In this document: positions 44,455 to 53,948 of the stretch, piece by piece
How positions within the stretch are numbered: the stretch's first letter is position 1
Layout of the letters: the number at the start of each line of letters is the position of its first letter
Source: a virus
Taxonomy: Duplodnaviria; Caudoviricetes
Strand: one strand, 5' to 3'
Virus record (IMG/VR): IMGVR_UViG_3300012827_000001
Location: 19,980 to 83,979 of that record
DNA length: 64,000 nt
Translations under genes and position numbers: made by a program
Notes under the pieces: generated by a model
Told to the model about the DNA's origin: nothing
What the model saw: the letters and a program-made list of their open reading frames with translations, nothing else
The model's database searches: none

Positions 44455-45129
44455 ATGAGCCGGGAGCAAGCCACCAAAGCATCGGCTGAGGGCGGCACTG
44501 AACGTGAGGCACAACTTGTGCCCTGCGTTCGGTGCCGCCCTTTTCGTGTTCCAGGAGAGGGGGCCCGAGTGGGCCAGCACGAGAACGTGCCCGAATACGT
44601 GCAGGTCGGGGACAGGGCGATGGCAGTCGTCCTTGACGCCGCCGCACGGATGGTTGGCGTCGCCATGTACGACGACTACAAGCAGGCAGAGAACGCGCGT
44701 GAGCTGTGCCACGAGATGTGCCACCTTGCGATGGACCAGTACGGCTTTGTGCCTGCTGTCTTCTACGGTGCGCGTTCGGCAGCACAGGTCCTGGAGCAGG
44801 CGGGCGTCGAGATCAACTTCCAGGAAGGTCGGATCTTCCGGGACCCCGAGTCGGGCCTGTGGACCTGGAGCATGTCGAAGCCGGAGGCCCTCTCGAAGGA
44901 CCAGGGCATTGCCCTGCGCGCTGGCGCCCGCCTGATCGTGGGCGCGGTCGACCTCATCGGCATGAAGGGCCCGGAGGACGCGACACCCGAGGAGGCTGCG
45001 AACTACCGCGTATGGGTGGGTGACACCGCTGCAGAGGAGTACCCCTGCGCTGCACTTCAGGGCGTCATCGCCCTGTACGGCGTCATCTGCCTGACCGTGG
45101 GCCGGCATCTGCTGGGTGGTGGCCGGTGA
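44455..45129 (+). CDS. Hypothetical protein
   Basis: 224 aa first gene of right arm. Confidence 0.6.
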   Translation: MSREQATKASAEGGTEREAQLVPCVRCRPFRVPGEGARVGQHENVPEYVQVGDRAMAVVLDAAARMVGVAMYDDYKQAENARELCHEMCHLAMDQYGFVPAVFYGARSAAQVLEQAGVEINFQEGRIFRDPESGLWTWSMSKPEALSKDQGIALRAGARLIVGAVDLIGMKGPEDATPEEAANYRVWVGDTAAEEYPCAALQGVIALYGVICLTVGRHLLGGGR

Positions 45130-46472
45130 TGTTCTGGAAGAAGAAGCGTGACAAGAAGGCCGTGAACGCCGGCGATGGCTTCCTGGGCGAGGTGCTGCAG
45201 GAGGTTGCCAACGACGCTGTCCTCAGCCTTGCCGCGGAGGCGGAGAGCGACGGCGACATCGACCTGACCGACCTCCTTGAGGGCCTGAAGGGCCTGCCCG
45301 CAGAGGCGGTGTCAGAGCACCTGGGGCTCTTCAAGCTGCTGCGCAGCATCGCGTACAACTACGACGTCGTCGACCTGTTCTCTGGCATCGGCTGGGACGC
45401 CCAGCTTGACGAGCTGGACCTGCGTGCGTTCGGGATCGACTACGACAAGCACGTCGTGAAGCTCCGCAGCGACAACTCGATGCCCACCCTGCGCGCCGAC
45501 CTGTGGACCATGCGGCCCGCCGACCTCGGGTTGACGTTCCAGGGCCTCATCGCCAGCCCGTCGTGCAAGAAGTGGAGCGCCGCCGGGCTGAAGGAGGCGC
45601 ACTCCGAGCTCAACAAGATCCTGGCCGCGATCCCCGCCATCCGTGACGGCAAGGCCCTGAACGACGTGCTCTCGGATGTCGACCCCGAGGCGGCCCTGGT
45701 GCTCGCCCCGCTGGAGTGGGCTGTCTACCACCGGCCGGTGTGGATCGCGCTGGAGCAGGTCCGTCAGGTGCAGCCCGTCTGGGACGCCATCGCTGTGGCG
45801 CTGCGCGAGCTCGGCTACTCCGTGGACACGGGCATCCTGCACGCCGAGCAGTACGGGACTCCGCAGACACGCGACCGGGCCATTCTCGTGGCGAATCGTG
45901 ACGTCGAGGTCACTCTCCCGAAGCCGACGCATTCGCGCTACTACTCGCGCAACCCGCCGAAGCGCGACCCGGGCGTGCAGTCGTTCGTGACGATCGCGGA
46001 GGCCCTCGGTTGGGAGCGCGGCGGGGACAACACCGCAGTTCCCTACCCGAAGGCGATGCGCTCGAACTACGGCACAGGTGGGGACCCCAAGAACAGGGGC
46101 ATCCGCACCGTGGACGAGCCGGCCCCCACGGTCACGTCGAAGATCGGCCGCAACCAGTGGATGTACCACACGGGCAGCGACCAGGAGCCGCCGGAGTGGG
46201 TGTTCAACCGCCCGAGCACAACGGTCGTCGGGTCTTTCAAGCCTGAGGTCATCGCGGCACCGGGCTACCGCAAGGCAGGTGATGGCCCAAGGCAGAACGC
46301 GCACGGATCCGGGCGCGTCACCCCCGAGGAATCCGCTCGCCTTCAGGGCTTTCCGGAGTGGGTCAACTGGGCCGGGATCGGCAAGTCGGCCCGCGAGCAG
46401 ATCATCGGCAACGCCGTCCCGGGCCAACTTGCCCGCGCGGTCATTCAGGCAGCACGTGGAGGTGTGCAGTGA
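45126..46472 (+). CDS. DNA cytosine-5 methyltransferase
   Basis: Motif I VDLFSGIG, IV ASPSC, VI LEQV, VIII PQTRDR, IX RLQGFP, X QIIGNAVP. Confidence 0.88.
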   Translation: MMFWKKKRDKKAVNAGDGFLGEVLQEVANDAVLSLAAEAESDGDIDLTDLLEGLKGLPAEAVSEHLGLFKLLRSIAYNYDVVDLFSGIGWDAQLDELDLRAFGIDYDKHVVKLRSDNSMPTLRADLWTMRPADLGLTFQGLIASPSCKKWSAAGLKEAHSELNKILAAIPAIRDGKALNDVLSDVDPEAALVLAPLEWAVYHRPVWIALEQVRQVQPVWDAIAVALRELGYSVDTGILHAEQYGTPQTRDRAILVANRDVEVTLPKPTHSRYYSRNPPKRDPGVQSFVTIAEALGWERGGDNTAVPYPKAMRSNYGTGGDPKNRGIRTVDEPAPTVTSKIGRNQWMYHTGSDQEPPEWVFNRPSTTVVGSFKPEVIAAPGYRKAGDGPRQNAHGSGRVTPEESARLQGFPEWVNWAGIGKSAREQIIGNAVPGQLARAVIQAARGGVQ

Positions 46473-47635
46473 ACAAGGACTTTCTCGGCTTCGTAGGCCG
46501 AATCATCGTGGTCGTTCTTCTGGTGGTGCTGCTGTTCGCAGTGTTCGTGGGCCTCGGCGGTTCGATCGCCCGTGCCGACGGTGGCGTGTGCGTGCCCCAG
46601 GACGCGCAGGAGGCTGTCCCGCCCACCTACGAGACGAAGGTCGTCACCGAGGCCTGGACCGAACTCGTGGAGCACCCGGCAGTGACCGAGGTCGTCCACC
46701 ACGAGGCCGTGGCTCACAAGGAGTGGCGTTACAAGAAGGTGATCCCCGGCCAGGCCGAGGTGAAGCAGGACCAGTGGCGTTTCCGGACGCGCGTGTGGAT
46801 CGCCAACTTCAAGGAGGTCAAGGAGGTCCAGGGCTACAACTTCGTCTCCGGTGGCACTACTCGCGTCAACGGGCAGACGGTGGGTGGCCACTGGGTGCAG
46901 CAGTCGGGCTGGCACGCGATCCCTGACGTCATCATCAACGTCGTCTGGGGCACCTCCGGGCCGCCGGACAGCGTTCTCGGCACCGGTCGCGTGAACCTGA
47001 ACGTCTACGGCGGACCGAACGTCCAGGTGAACTACAACGCTCACAAGGTCGACTTCTCCGGCTGGTCCGACTGGGGCCCGTGGTCTGACTGGTCGACGAC
47101 AAACCCTGGTGCAGCGAATGACACCCGTCAGGTCGAGGGCCGGCAGGTCGTCACCCAGGAGGCCGTCCCGGATTCGTGGGAGTACACGGGCTGGCTGACG
47201 GAAACCCTTTCAGCCCCGTGGATCTTCGTGGAGAAGCGCCAGGTGGAGACCGAGGCCGCCCGGGACGAGGAGATCGTCCTGAAGGACGCGTGGGTCGAGG
47301 AGATCCACCACCCGGCGGTCACCGAGGAGGTCCTGGTCGACCCGGGGCGTGAAGCCGTGGACGAGGTGGTCTGCCCTGAGCCGACCCCTGAGCCCACCCC
47401 GACTGAGGAGCCGACATCAACGCCTGCACCCACCCCGAGCACAGCGCCCTCGCCGTCGCCGACCACTACCGCACCTGTCGCGCCTTCGCCGAGTCCGTCC
47501 GCACCACGCTCCGCTGGATCTACTACTCCTGAGCTGGCTGCGACTGGCATCGGCTGGCAGGGGCCCGTTCTCGCCGCGGCTGTTGCCATTCTTGCGGGCG
47601 CTGGCCTGACGTGGATCGGGCGTCGGCTGAAGTGA
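46469..47635 (+). CDS. Secreted, sortase-anchored (LAxTG) surface protein
   Basis: N-terminal signal/TM, Pro/Thr/Ser stalk, LAATG + hydrophobic helix + RRLK. Confidence 0.8.
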   Translation: MNKDFLGFVGRIIVVVLLVVLLFAVFVGLGGSIARADGGVCVPQDAQEAVPPTYETKVVTEAWTELVEHPAVTEVVHHEAVAHKEWRYKKVIPGQAEVKQDQWRFRTRVWIANFKEVKEVQGYNFVSGGTTRVNGQTVGGHWVQQSGWHAIPDVIINVVWGTSGPPDSVLGTGRVNLNVYGGPNVQVNYNAHKVDFSGWSDWGPWSDWSTTNPGAANDTRQVEGRQVVTQEAVPDSWEYTGWLTETLSAPWIFVEKRQVETEAARDEEIVLKDAWVEEIHHPAVTEEVLVDPGREAVDEVVCPEPTPEPTPTEEPTSTPAPTPSTAPSPSPTTTAPVAPSPSPSAPRSAGSTTPELAATGIGWQGPVLAAAVAILAGAGLTWIGRRLK

Positions 47636-48558
47636 CTGGACTCGTCATCCGCCAGTCGGATCTCGCTTCGTACCAGTGGTGTGCGCAGCAGGTCCACCTG
47701 AGGGAGAAGGCCAAGGCGGAGGGTTGGCATGAGCCGATCCTTTCCGCCACGGCCGGTGGGACGGTGTTCCACTACGCCGCGCAGGTGCTGCAGAAGCTCC
47801 ACCACGAGGGGCGTGAGGACGCGCTGGACGTGGCCCTGGCGACGTTCGCCCGCTACTGGGACCCGAACCACATCGGGGAGATCTCCGAGGGCCCGGTGGA
47901 CGTGTGGATCGCCCAGGACACGTGGGGCGGGATGCAGGCCCGCCACCAGGCGAATCTGCGAGCCATGTACGCCTGGCTGAAGAAGGAGCGTTCGGTGCTC
48001 CTTTCGTTGGAGCACACGTTCGACGTTCCGATCGTCATCGACGGTGAGGAGCACACGCTCCACGGGACCGTTGACCGTTTGGCGCTGCGAATGGTGAACG
48101 CCCGGCCGGTGTTGGCCATCGAGGACTTCAAGACTTACCGGAGGAAGCCGGAGGCCCTGGACTGGAACACCCAGATGACGCTGTACAGCTTCGCGTCGTT
48201 GGATCCCCAGTTCTGGACCCCGTTCTTCGAGAACGAGGTCGTCCTGGAGGGCTTCTCAGAGGTGCTCGATCGGCTGGATGCCCGGGGCCTGGCGCTGTGG
48301 GGCGACAGCGACAACGTCATCCCTCGCAGGGGTCGGATCCTGCGGGCCTGGGACGGCTTCAACGTTCATGAAGCGGGGTGGCGGACCGAGGCCCATTACG
48401 CCCGGCTGAAGGCACACCTGCGGGAGTACATCAAGGCCCGCCGGGCGGGGGTGTACCCGTTGACCGTGGACAGCCATCACTGCCGCTTCTGCCCGTTCAA
48501 CAACGGCATCTGCGGCGACGCCCCACTCCCGGAGAGGCAATTGGACATCGATGGATGA
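47632..48558 (+). CDS. PD-(D/E)xK exonuclease, RecB/Cas4-like
   Basis: SDLASYQWC, GTVFH, HGTVDR, EDFKT, Q..LY, CRFCPF...C. Confidence 0.85.
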   Translation: MTGLVIRQSDLASYQWCAQQVHLREKAKAEGWHEPILSATAGGTVFHYAAQVLQKLHHEGREDALDVALATFARYWDPNHIGEISEGPVDVWIAQDTWGGMQARHQANLRAMYAWLKKERSVLLSLEHTFDVPIVIDGEEHTLHGTVDRLALRMVNARPVLAIEDFKTYRRKPEALDWNTQMTLYSFASLDPQFWTPFFENEVVLEGFSEVLDRLDARGLALWGDSDNVIPRRGRILRAWDGFNVHEAGWRTEAHYARLKAHLREYIKARRAGVYPLTVDSHHCRFCPFNNGICGDAPLPERQLDIDG

Positions 48559-48745
48559 CGACGGCTACCTCAATGACGACCACTACTTCAGCGTGCTCTA
48601 CCCGCACAATGACGGGGACTGTCATGGGACCCGCTGCCCGCGGTGCGAGTGCTGCATCCACTCCAAGGAATGCAAGACCTGGCCTTACCCGTGCGCAGAC
48701 CCGAACTGCGGATGCTTCTACCAGGAGGACTTCAGAAATGACTAG
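48551..48745 (+). CDS. Small Cys-rich (Zn-binding) protein
   Basis: CHGTRCPRCECC...C...C...CGC. Confidence 0.55.
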   Translation: MDDDGYLNDDHYFSVLYPHNDGDCHGTRCPRCECCIHSKECKTWPYPCADPNCGCFYQEDFRND

Positions 48746-49028
48746 GACCGCAGACCAGACGGAAACCCTCCGCCAGGGCGTCAACGACGAGATGGCCGAC
48801 CTGTGGGTTGCCGCCGAGCGGCTGCTGACAGCCAACGACGCCATCCGCCACGCGTACGGCTGGGACGACCTCACCGCGTCGTTCCGGCGCCGGGCGGAGC
48901 GGCTGGCGAACCAGCTCCTGAACGACGACGACTTGGAGGACACCGTCCTCGACCTCGCAGCGACCCTCGTCGTTTACCGGGCGGCCCTGACCGGGGCGCC
49001 CGTTCCCTACAGCGTGAAGGAGGACTGA
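48738..49028 (+). CDS. Hypothetical protein
   Basis: GGAGG RBS, 96 aa helical. Confidence 0.6.
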   Translation: MTRTADQTETLRQGVNDEMADLWVAAERLLTANDAIRHAYGWDDLTASFRRRAERLANQLLNDDDLEDTVLDLAATLVVYRAALTGAPVPYSVKED

Positions 49029-49032
49029 CCCG

Positions 49033-50241
49033 GTGGCCATCCGAATTCAGACCGCTGGCCTCGACGACTATCTCGATGGTGACGGCGGCACGGCGAACAT
49101 CAAGGCCCTCATCCTCGGAAGAGCAGGCAGTGGGAAAACAAGGTCCTCCTCGTACTGGAAGAACCCCCTTCTGCTGGACTGCGAGGACGGCCGCGCCGTG
49201 CTCGCAGATCGCGGCACGCCGTACGTGGAGATCGAGTCCGAGCAGGACGTCAACGACATCATCGCCTACCTGAAGAAGGAGGCAGGGAAGCCGTCGCGGA
49301 CTTTCGACACGGTCATCCTCGACACCCTCGACGGCCTGCAGCAGAGGCTCATCCGCAACCACCTTGCGAAGGTGCGGCGGTCCCGGATGGAGGCGTTCGA
49401 AGGCGACTATGACGCCGTCAACAACCCCATCAAGAACCTCATCCACACGCTGCGGGATCTCCCCATCAACGTGGTCGTGCTCGTGCACCTCAAGGAGGCC
49501 GGGAAGGTCACCAAGAAGGACGAGGTCGCGGCGCATGCTGGCGAGGACACGCTGACGATGGCGCAGGGCTGGTCCATCGATCTCGTTGGCGACGTCCGCG
49601 AGAAGGCTGCCGGTTGGTTCGACCTCGTGGGCCTCATGCAGAACGAGTGGGCGTCCGAGAAGGTCGGCAAGGAGACCAAGCAGGTCATCAAGCGCAGCAT
49701 CCGCTGGCAGCCGATCCCTGAGGTTCCGTTCCTGAAGGACCGCCTCTACGCCTTCCCGCCGTCGACCCCGGTGAACTTCTCTGACGAGGACTACACGCGG
49801 CTCGTCAAGTACATCGAGAAGAAGGCCACCGGCCTGAAGCGTTCGGAGGTCGTGGGCGAGGTCGAGGGCGCGCTGGACAACGCCGCACCTGCGGACGTTG
49901 CGGGTGGGCCTGTCGCGCCGAACCCGTCCGGCGTCCTGTCGAAGCCGCGTCAGCGGGTAGAGACCCCGCCGGCCGAGTCCACCCCGGAGCCCGCAACCAC
50001 CGAGGCGGCAGAGGAGTCGGCGCCCGTTGAGGCTCCCGCCGAGCCCAGCGGTGTCGAGGTGGCCAAGGAGGTTCTTGGTGCAGAGGTCATCGCCGAGGAG
50101 TGCGACTGGGTCGCACTTGGTGAGGCCGCAACGACCGTCGAGGAGGTGCGTGCCATCTGGAAGCGGGCAGAGGCGGCCAACGAGCTCACCAGCACCGTCA
50201 AGGCTGCGCTGGCTGTGCACGGCCGGGCACTCAAGGCCTGA
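49033..50241 (+). CDS. Sak4/AAA_24-like ATPase (recombinase)
   Basis: LILGRAGSGKT, LLDCEDG, TVILDTLD, VVVLVH; low-complexity C-tail. Confidence 0.8.
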   Translation: MAIRIQTAGLDDYLDGDGGTANIKALILGRAGSGKTRSSSYWKNPLLLDCEDGRAVLADRGTPYVEIESEQDVNDIIAYLKKEAGKPSRTFDTVILDTLDGLQQRLIRNHLAKVRRSRMEAFEGDYDAVNNPIKNLIHTLRDLPINVVVLVHLKEAGKVTKKDEVAAHAGEDTLTMAQGWSIDLVGDVREKAAGWFDLVGLMQNEWASEKVGKETKQVIKRSIRWQPIPEVPFLKDRLYAFPPSTPVNFSDEDYTRLVKYIEKKATGLKRSEVVGEVEGALDNAAPADVAGGPVAPNPSGVLSKPRQRVETPPAESTPEPATTEAAEESAPVEAPAEPSGVEVAKEVLGAEVIAEECDWVALGEAATTVEEVRAIWKRAEAANELTSTVKAALAVHGRALKA

Positions 50242-50291
50242 CCAACCAATCCATCGCTGAACAGCAGTAGTTACAAGAGGGAGAAACAGGA

Positions 50292-50771
50292 ATGCCGAAG
50301 GCAACAGTCAAGCGGGGCCGTCTCTACTTCTACGAGGAGGGCGAGTTCACCGCGATCCTCCGCTCCGTGGAGGAGAACACCGTCGAGTACACGGCCAAGT
50401 CGCACCACCAGGCCGTCAAGAAGGGCGAGGCCCGGGTCGGGGACACCCTGTCCTTCGACCAGTGGATCTGGACGTGGGACCTCCTGTCGGGCGACCACGG
50501 CTCGACGGAGATCGAGTTCAAGACGAACCCGGGGATCGAGATCGCCCGGCGCACTCTCGGCCTGCAGGCCTGGGAGGCCCTCACGGGTGAGCCGCTGGAG
50601 CTCGGGCAGGACATTGACACGGACGTGATCGTCGGCGGCAAGGCCCGCCTGGTCATCGTCCACGAGGACCCGGAGACGGGCCGCGACGGGAACACCTACT
50701 ACCGCTCCCGCGTGGGCGAGGTGCTGCCGCTCGGCGACAGCGGCCCCGCTGAGGACGAGATCCCGTTCTGA
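50292..50771 (+). CDS. Single-stranded DNA-binding protein (putative)
   Basis: Follows Sak4-like gene; beta-rich; acidic EDEIPF C-terminus. Confidence 0.7.
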   Translation: MPKATVKRGRLYFYEEGEFTAILRSVEENTVEYTAKSHHQAVKKGEARVGDTLSFDQWIWTWDLLSGDHGSTEIEFKTNPGIEIARRTLGLQAWEALTGEPLELGQDIDTDVIVGGKARLVIVHEDPETGRDGNTYYRSRVGEVLPLGDSGPAEDEIPF

Positions 50772-50778
50772 GCACCAA

Positions 50779-50812
50779 CCCCGGCGTTTGCAGCGGCTTG
50801 TAAGCGCCGGGG
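50779..50812. terminator. Hairpin before tRNA
   Basis: ccccggcg/cgccgggg. Confidence 0.45.
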
Positions 50813-50815
50813 TAA

Positions 50816-50888
50816 CCCCGTCTAGCCCAACGGCAGAGGCACTGCGTTCAAAGCGTGGTCAGTCCGGGTTCGAATCCCGGGGCGGGGA
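50816..50888 (+). tRNA. tRNA-Leu(CAA), short variable arm, CCA not encoded
   Basis: Acceptor CCCCGTC/GGCGGGG, D arm GCCCAACGGCAGAGGC, anticodon arm CTGCG-TTCAAAG-CGTGG, T arm CCGGG-TTCGAAT-CCCGG, discriminator A. Confidence 0.8.
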
Positions 50889-50893
50889 CACAC

Positions 50894-50915
50894 GATTCCT
50901 GCTGTAGCACAAATC
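50894..50915. promoter_or_regulatory. 22-bp palindromic operator-like site
   Basis: GATTCCTGC TGTA GCACAAATC between tRNA and primase RBS. Confidence 0.7.
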
Positions 50916-50928
50916 GTAAGGAGACAGA

Positions 50929-52896
50929 ATGTCTGACGTGGACGTGCGGGGCTACCTCCGCTCCAAGGGCCTGGACGTGAAGATGTCCGGCAAGGAGTGC
51001 GTTGTGCCCTGCTTCTTCGTCTGCGGGGAGCACGCCGACTCCCGCAAGAAGAAGCTGTATGTCAACTCTGAGCACGGCGCCTGGGATTGCAAGGTGTGCG
51101 GCCAGCAGGGCGGATGGCGTGCGGTTCTAGAGCACTTCGGGGACAAGATCGAAGACACTCCTGCAGCCAAGCCGAGCCGCAAGTTCCAGATCAACGAGGA
51201 GTACCTGCACGCCACTCAGGACGCGCTCATGCAGAACAAGAAGGCCTTGGCTTACCTGTTCGAGCGCGGCTTGACCCTGGACACCATTGAGGCCGCACGG
51301 CTTGGGTACCACCCGAAGGGCGTCTCCCTGATGGAGTCGCTGCCGTCCTCTCTCAAGGAAGGCGGGTTCACCCGTGACGAGCTGCGTGATTCTGGTCTGC
51401 TGACGGCCGCCGGCAGGGACTTCCACAGCGGCCGGATCATCATCCCGTACCTGTCGTCAGGCCAAGTGCTGCAGGTCCGCGGCAGGGCCCTGGACCCGAA
51501 CGACAAGATCAAGTACGCGACCCCGCCGGGGGACCCCGTCCGGCTGTTCAACGAGGACGCCCTGCGCGGCGCCGAGCGCGTCATCCTCGTCGAAGGTGAG
51601 GTCGACGCTCTCAACGTCCAGCAGGTACTGCAGTCCTCTCCTGATGTCCGTGCACGCAATCTCGCAGTCGTGGCCATCGCCGGCGTTGGCTCCCTGCCGG
51701 GCGGCAAGGAGGGGTTCGCGGACTACTTCGAGGACATCAAGCGCGTCTACGTCGCGTTCGACAACGACAACCCGGGCAAGCAGGCGTCCATCAAGGTCAA
51801 GGACCTCCTGTCGGCAAAGGCTCGCATCGTCGAGCTGACCGGTGAGGTCAAGGACTGGTCGGACTTCATCGTTGATGGCCACCACGGGTGGCAGGACGTG
51901 ATGGGCCTCATCTCCGAGGCCGACATGCGCGGCAAGCGTGTGTTCTCGGTGGGGGAGTCGCTGCGTTCACTGCGCAAGTTGGAGTCCGCTGCCCCGGGGA
52001 TCAAGACCGGGTGGCGCACGCTGGACTCGCTGCTCTTCCCGGGCCTCATGCCGGGTCAGGTGACCATCCCGGTCGCCAACACCGGGAACGGCAAGTCCTT
52101 GTGGTTGGCAAACCTGGCCTGGCAGACACGGGACATCCCGACGCTCTACATCACGCTGGAGCTCACCAAGGAGGAGTCTGCCAACCGGCTTCTTCGGATT
52201 GCGCGCTTCTACGACCCGCTGATGGATGACGTCACACTCGACGCCCACTTTCCCCACCTGAGCATCGTTGACGAGAACCGGCTCTCTGCGGACGACTTCT
52301 CGGTCCTGATGGAGGAGTTCATCGAGGAGCGTGGGGACAAGCCGCGCATCGTGCACGTCGACTACCTCGGTTACTACGCCCGTGGGCAGCGCGCAAAGGA
52401 CCAGTACCAGAAGGTCACCGACGCGGTGATGCAGCTCAAGGAGCTCGCCAAGGAGTGGCAGACACACATCGTCGTCCCTTCCCAGGTGTCTCGAAATCAG
52501 AAGCAGGGCGAACTCATCCAGGCGTCGGCGCTGCGTGACTCGGGTGCCGTCGAGGAGACCGCGGACTTCCTCCTCGGGATCTCCCGGCCACACCTGCAGG
52601 AGGGCATCAACAAGGCAGCCAAGGAGGGGACCGTCGGGTCGGCCCTGAAGGTGAACCTTGCGAAGTCCCGACACGGGAACACCGGGCGGGTCGTCCCTCT
52701 GCACCTCGCGCCGCACTCCCTGGCGATCGTGGACGACACCGACCGGGTCGCGGTGCAGCGGGTGGAGCAGGAAGTGGAGTCCTACAACGGCGGTGAGAAG
52801 TACCAGGAGTTCCTGGGTCGCAAGCAGAGGACAGCTTGGCAGGCAAGGCAGGGATCGCTCGGACTGGACGCGAAGGAGAAGGCAAGTGGCGACTGA
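50929..52896 (+). CDS. DNA primase-helicase (Zn finger + TOPRIM + DnaB-like SF4 helicase)
   Basis: CFFVCG...CKVC; LVEGEVD, AFDND; ANTGNGKS, VHVDYLG, SQVSR, LRDSGAVEETAD, AKSRHG. Confidence 0.92.
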   Translation: MSDVDVRGYLRSKGLDVKMSGKECVVPCFFVCGEHADSRKKKLYVNSEHGAWDCKVCGQQGGWRAVLEHFGDKIEDTPAAKPSRKFQINEEYLHATQDALMQNKKALAYLFERGLTLDTIEAARLGYHPKGVSLMESLPSSLKEGGFTRDELRDSGLLTAAGRDFHSGRIIIPYLSSGQVLQVRGRALDPNDKIKYATPPGDPVRLFNEDALRGAERVILVEGEVDALNVQQVLQSSPDVRARNLAVVAIAGVGSLPGGKEGFADYFEDIKRVYVAFDNDNPGKQASIKVKDLLSAKARIVELTGEVKDWSDFIVDGHHGWQDVMGLISEADMRGKRVFSVGESLRSLRKLESAAPGIKTGWRTLDSLLFPGLMPGQVTIPVANTGNGKSLWLANLAWQTRDIPTLYITLELTKEESANRLLRIARFYDPLMDDVTLDAHFPHLSIVDENRLSADDFSVLMEEFIEERGDKPRIVHVDYLGYYARGQRAKDQYQKVTDAVMQLKELAKEWQTHIVVPSQVSRNQKQGELIQASALRDSGAVEETADFLLGISRPHLQEGINKAAKEGTVGSALKVNLAKSRHGNTGRVVPLHLAPHSLAIVDDTDRVAVQRVEQEVESYNGGEKYQEFLGRKQRTAWQARQGSLGLDAKEKASGD

Positions 52897-53125
52897 CAAC
52901 GAGATCTTGAGGCTGGATCTGGAGTTCAAGCCCGAAGAGCACATCTCCGGCGGCTCGGTGCAGGTGCGGGTGATCGGCGATGTCGACTTCCCGACCGCGC
53001 TGCGCGCACTGCGGGCTGCGGGTATGCAGGGAACCATCGAGAGCCTGCTCGCTTCTTACCTCGCCGGCGCTTTCGATGACGACCCGGAGATGGATCTGAC
53101 TGACGATCTGGCGGTGGAGCCGTGA
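52886..53125 (+). CDS. Hypothetical protein
   Basis: AAGGAG RBS, GTG start. Confidence 0.55.
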   Translation: MATDNEILRLDLEFKPEEHISGGSVQVRVIGDVDFPTALRALRAAGMQGTIESLLASYLAGAFDDDPEMDLTDDLAVEP

Positions 53126-53388
53126 CTCCGACCATCTACCGCCCGCGAACGCAGAACGCCGTCGAGGCGTGGTTGGTGCCGGACGACCTTGCAGACAATT
53201 CCGAGGAGCTGTCGCAGTGTGCCGCCTGGGCGGAGGGCGTGCCGCTGCGCGGCGTCGGGGTGCATATCCGCATCCACGGTCGCATGCGGATCGCGTTCCC
53301 CGGGTCGTGGCTTGTGCGAACCCAGCGCGGCATCGAGATCTACAAGGACGACGAGTTCCAGGCTGCTTTCGTGAAGGAGGGTGCGTGA
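53122..53388 (+). CDS. Hypothetical protein
   Basis: GTGA coupling; PGSWLVR...YKDDEF motif. Confidence 0.65.
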   Translation: MTPTIYRPRTQNAVEAWLVPDDLADNSEELSQCAAWAEGVPLRGVGVHIRIHGRMRIAFPGSWLVRTQRGIEIYKDDEFQAAFVKEGA

Positions 53389-53948
53389 TGAGTCTTCGTG
53401 ACCAGAACCTGCACATGGCACTGATGAAGGCCATCGCGGACGCCGTGTCCGGGTTCATGGGCGATCTGCGCGAGGAGCACCTGGACACACTTCTGCGCTA
53501 CTACGACGACACCGGCAGCAAGAGCCTGGCCGTGAACCTGCCGGACGGCACGAAGATCGCCACGATCACCCTGCCGGAGGGCAAGGAGTTTTTCGAGGTC
53601 CACGACGAGGTCGCGTTCTTGGAGTGGGTCAAGGCGAACCACCCGAACCTGCTGGAGGAGGTTGTCGTCCCGCCTCAGCCGGAGATGCGGTTCCAGCGGG
53701 TGGAGCCAGCGAAGGCGAAGAAGTTCCTCGCTGGGCTCGACCACGAAGGCGAGCTGCCGTTCGACCCGGCGACGGGTGAGGTTCCGGACGGCGTCACGTA
53801 CAAGCCGGTAGGCCGCCCTAAGTCGTTCCAGGTCCGTTACGAGTCGGAGGGCCGCGACCGTGTGATCGCGGCCTGGCAGCAGGGCGACCTGACCCAGCTC
53901 TTCGGTTCTGGCATGTTCCCGCAGATCGGGGTCGGCGATGGCAGCTGA
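53388..53948 (+). CDS. Hypothetical protein
   Basis: AAGGAGG RBS, 186 aa. Confidence 0.7.
   Translation: MSLRDQNLHMALMKAIADAVSGFMGDLREEHLDTLLRYYDDTGSKSLAVNLPDGTKIATITLPEGKEFFEVHDEVAFLEWVKANHPNLLEEVVVPPQPEMRFQRVEPAKAKKFLAGLDHEGELPFDPATGEVPDGVTYKPVGRPKSFQVRYESEGRDRVIAAWQQGDLTQLFGSGMFPQIGVGDGS

Noticed and set aside
47632-48558. Cas4-like gene as part of a CRISPR system
   Set aside because: No cas1/cas2 and no repeat-spacer array. The 22-bp palindromes are kilobases apart, and the context is phage recombination.
22193-50304. Long minus-strand ORFs (e.g. 22193-23584, 28961-30349, 33331-35184, 35437-36804, 37985-39877, 45312-46427, 48871-50304)
   Set aside because: All are antisense to well-supported genes, with no motifs or RBS; expected in high-GC DNA with few stop codons.
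50841-50857. Alternative folding giving a UCA (opal suppressor/Sec-like) anticodon
   Set aside because: Requires a bulge and a G at position 32. The CAA register gives a 5-bp stem, a U32-U33 loop and the Leu-type D loop of short-arm actinobacterial tRNA-Leu.
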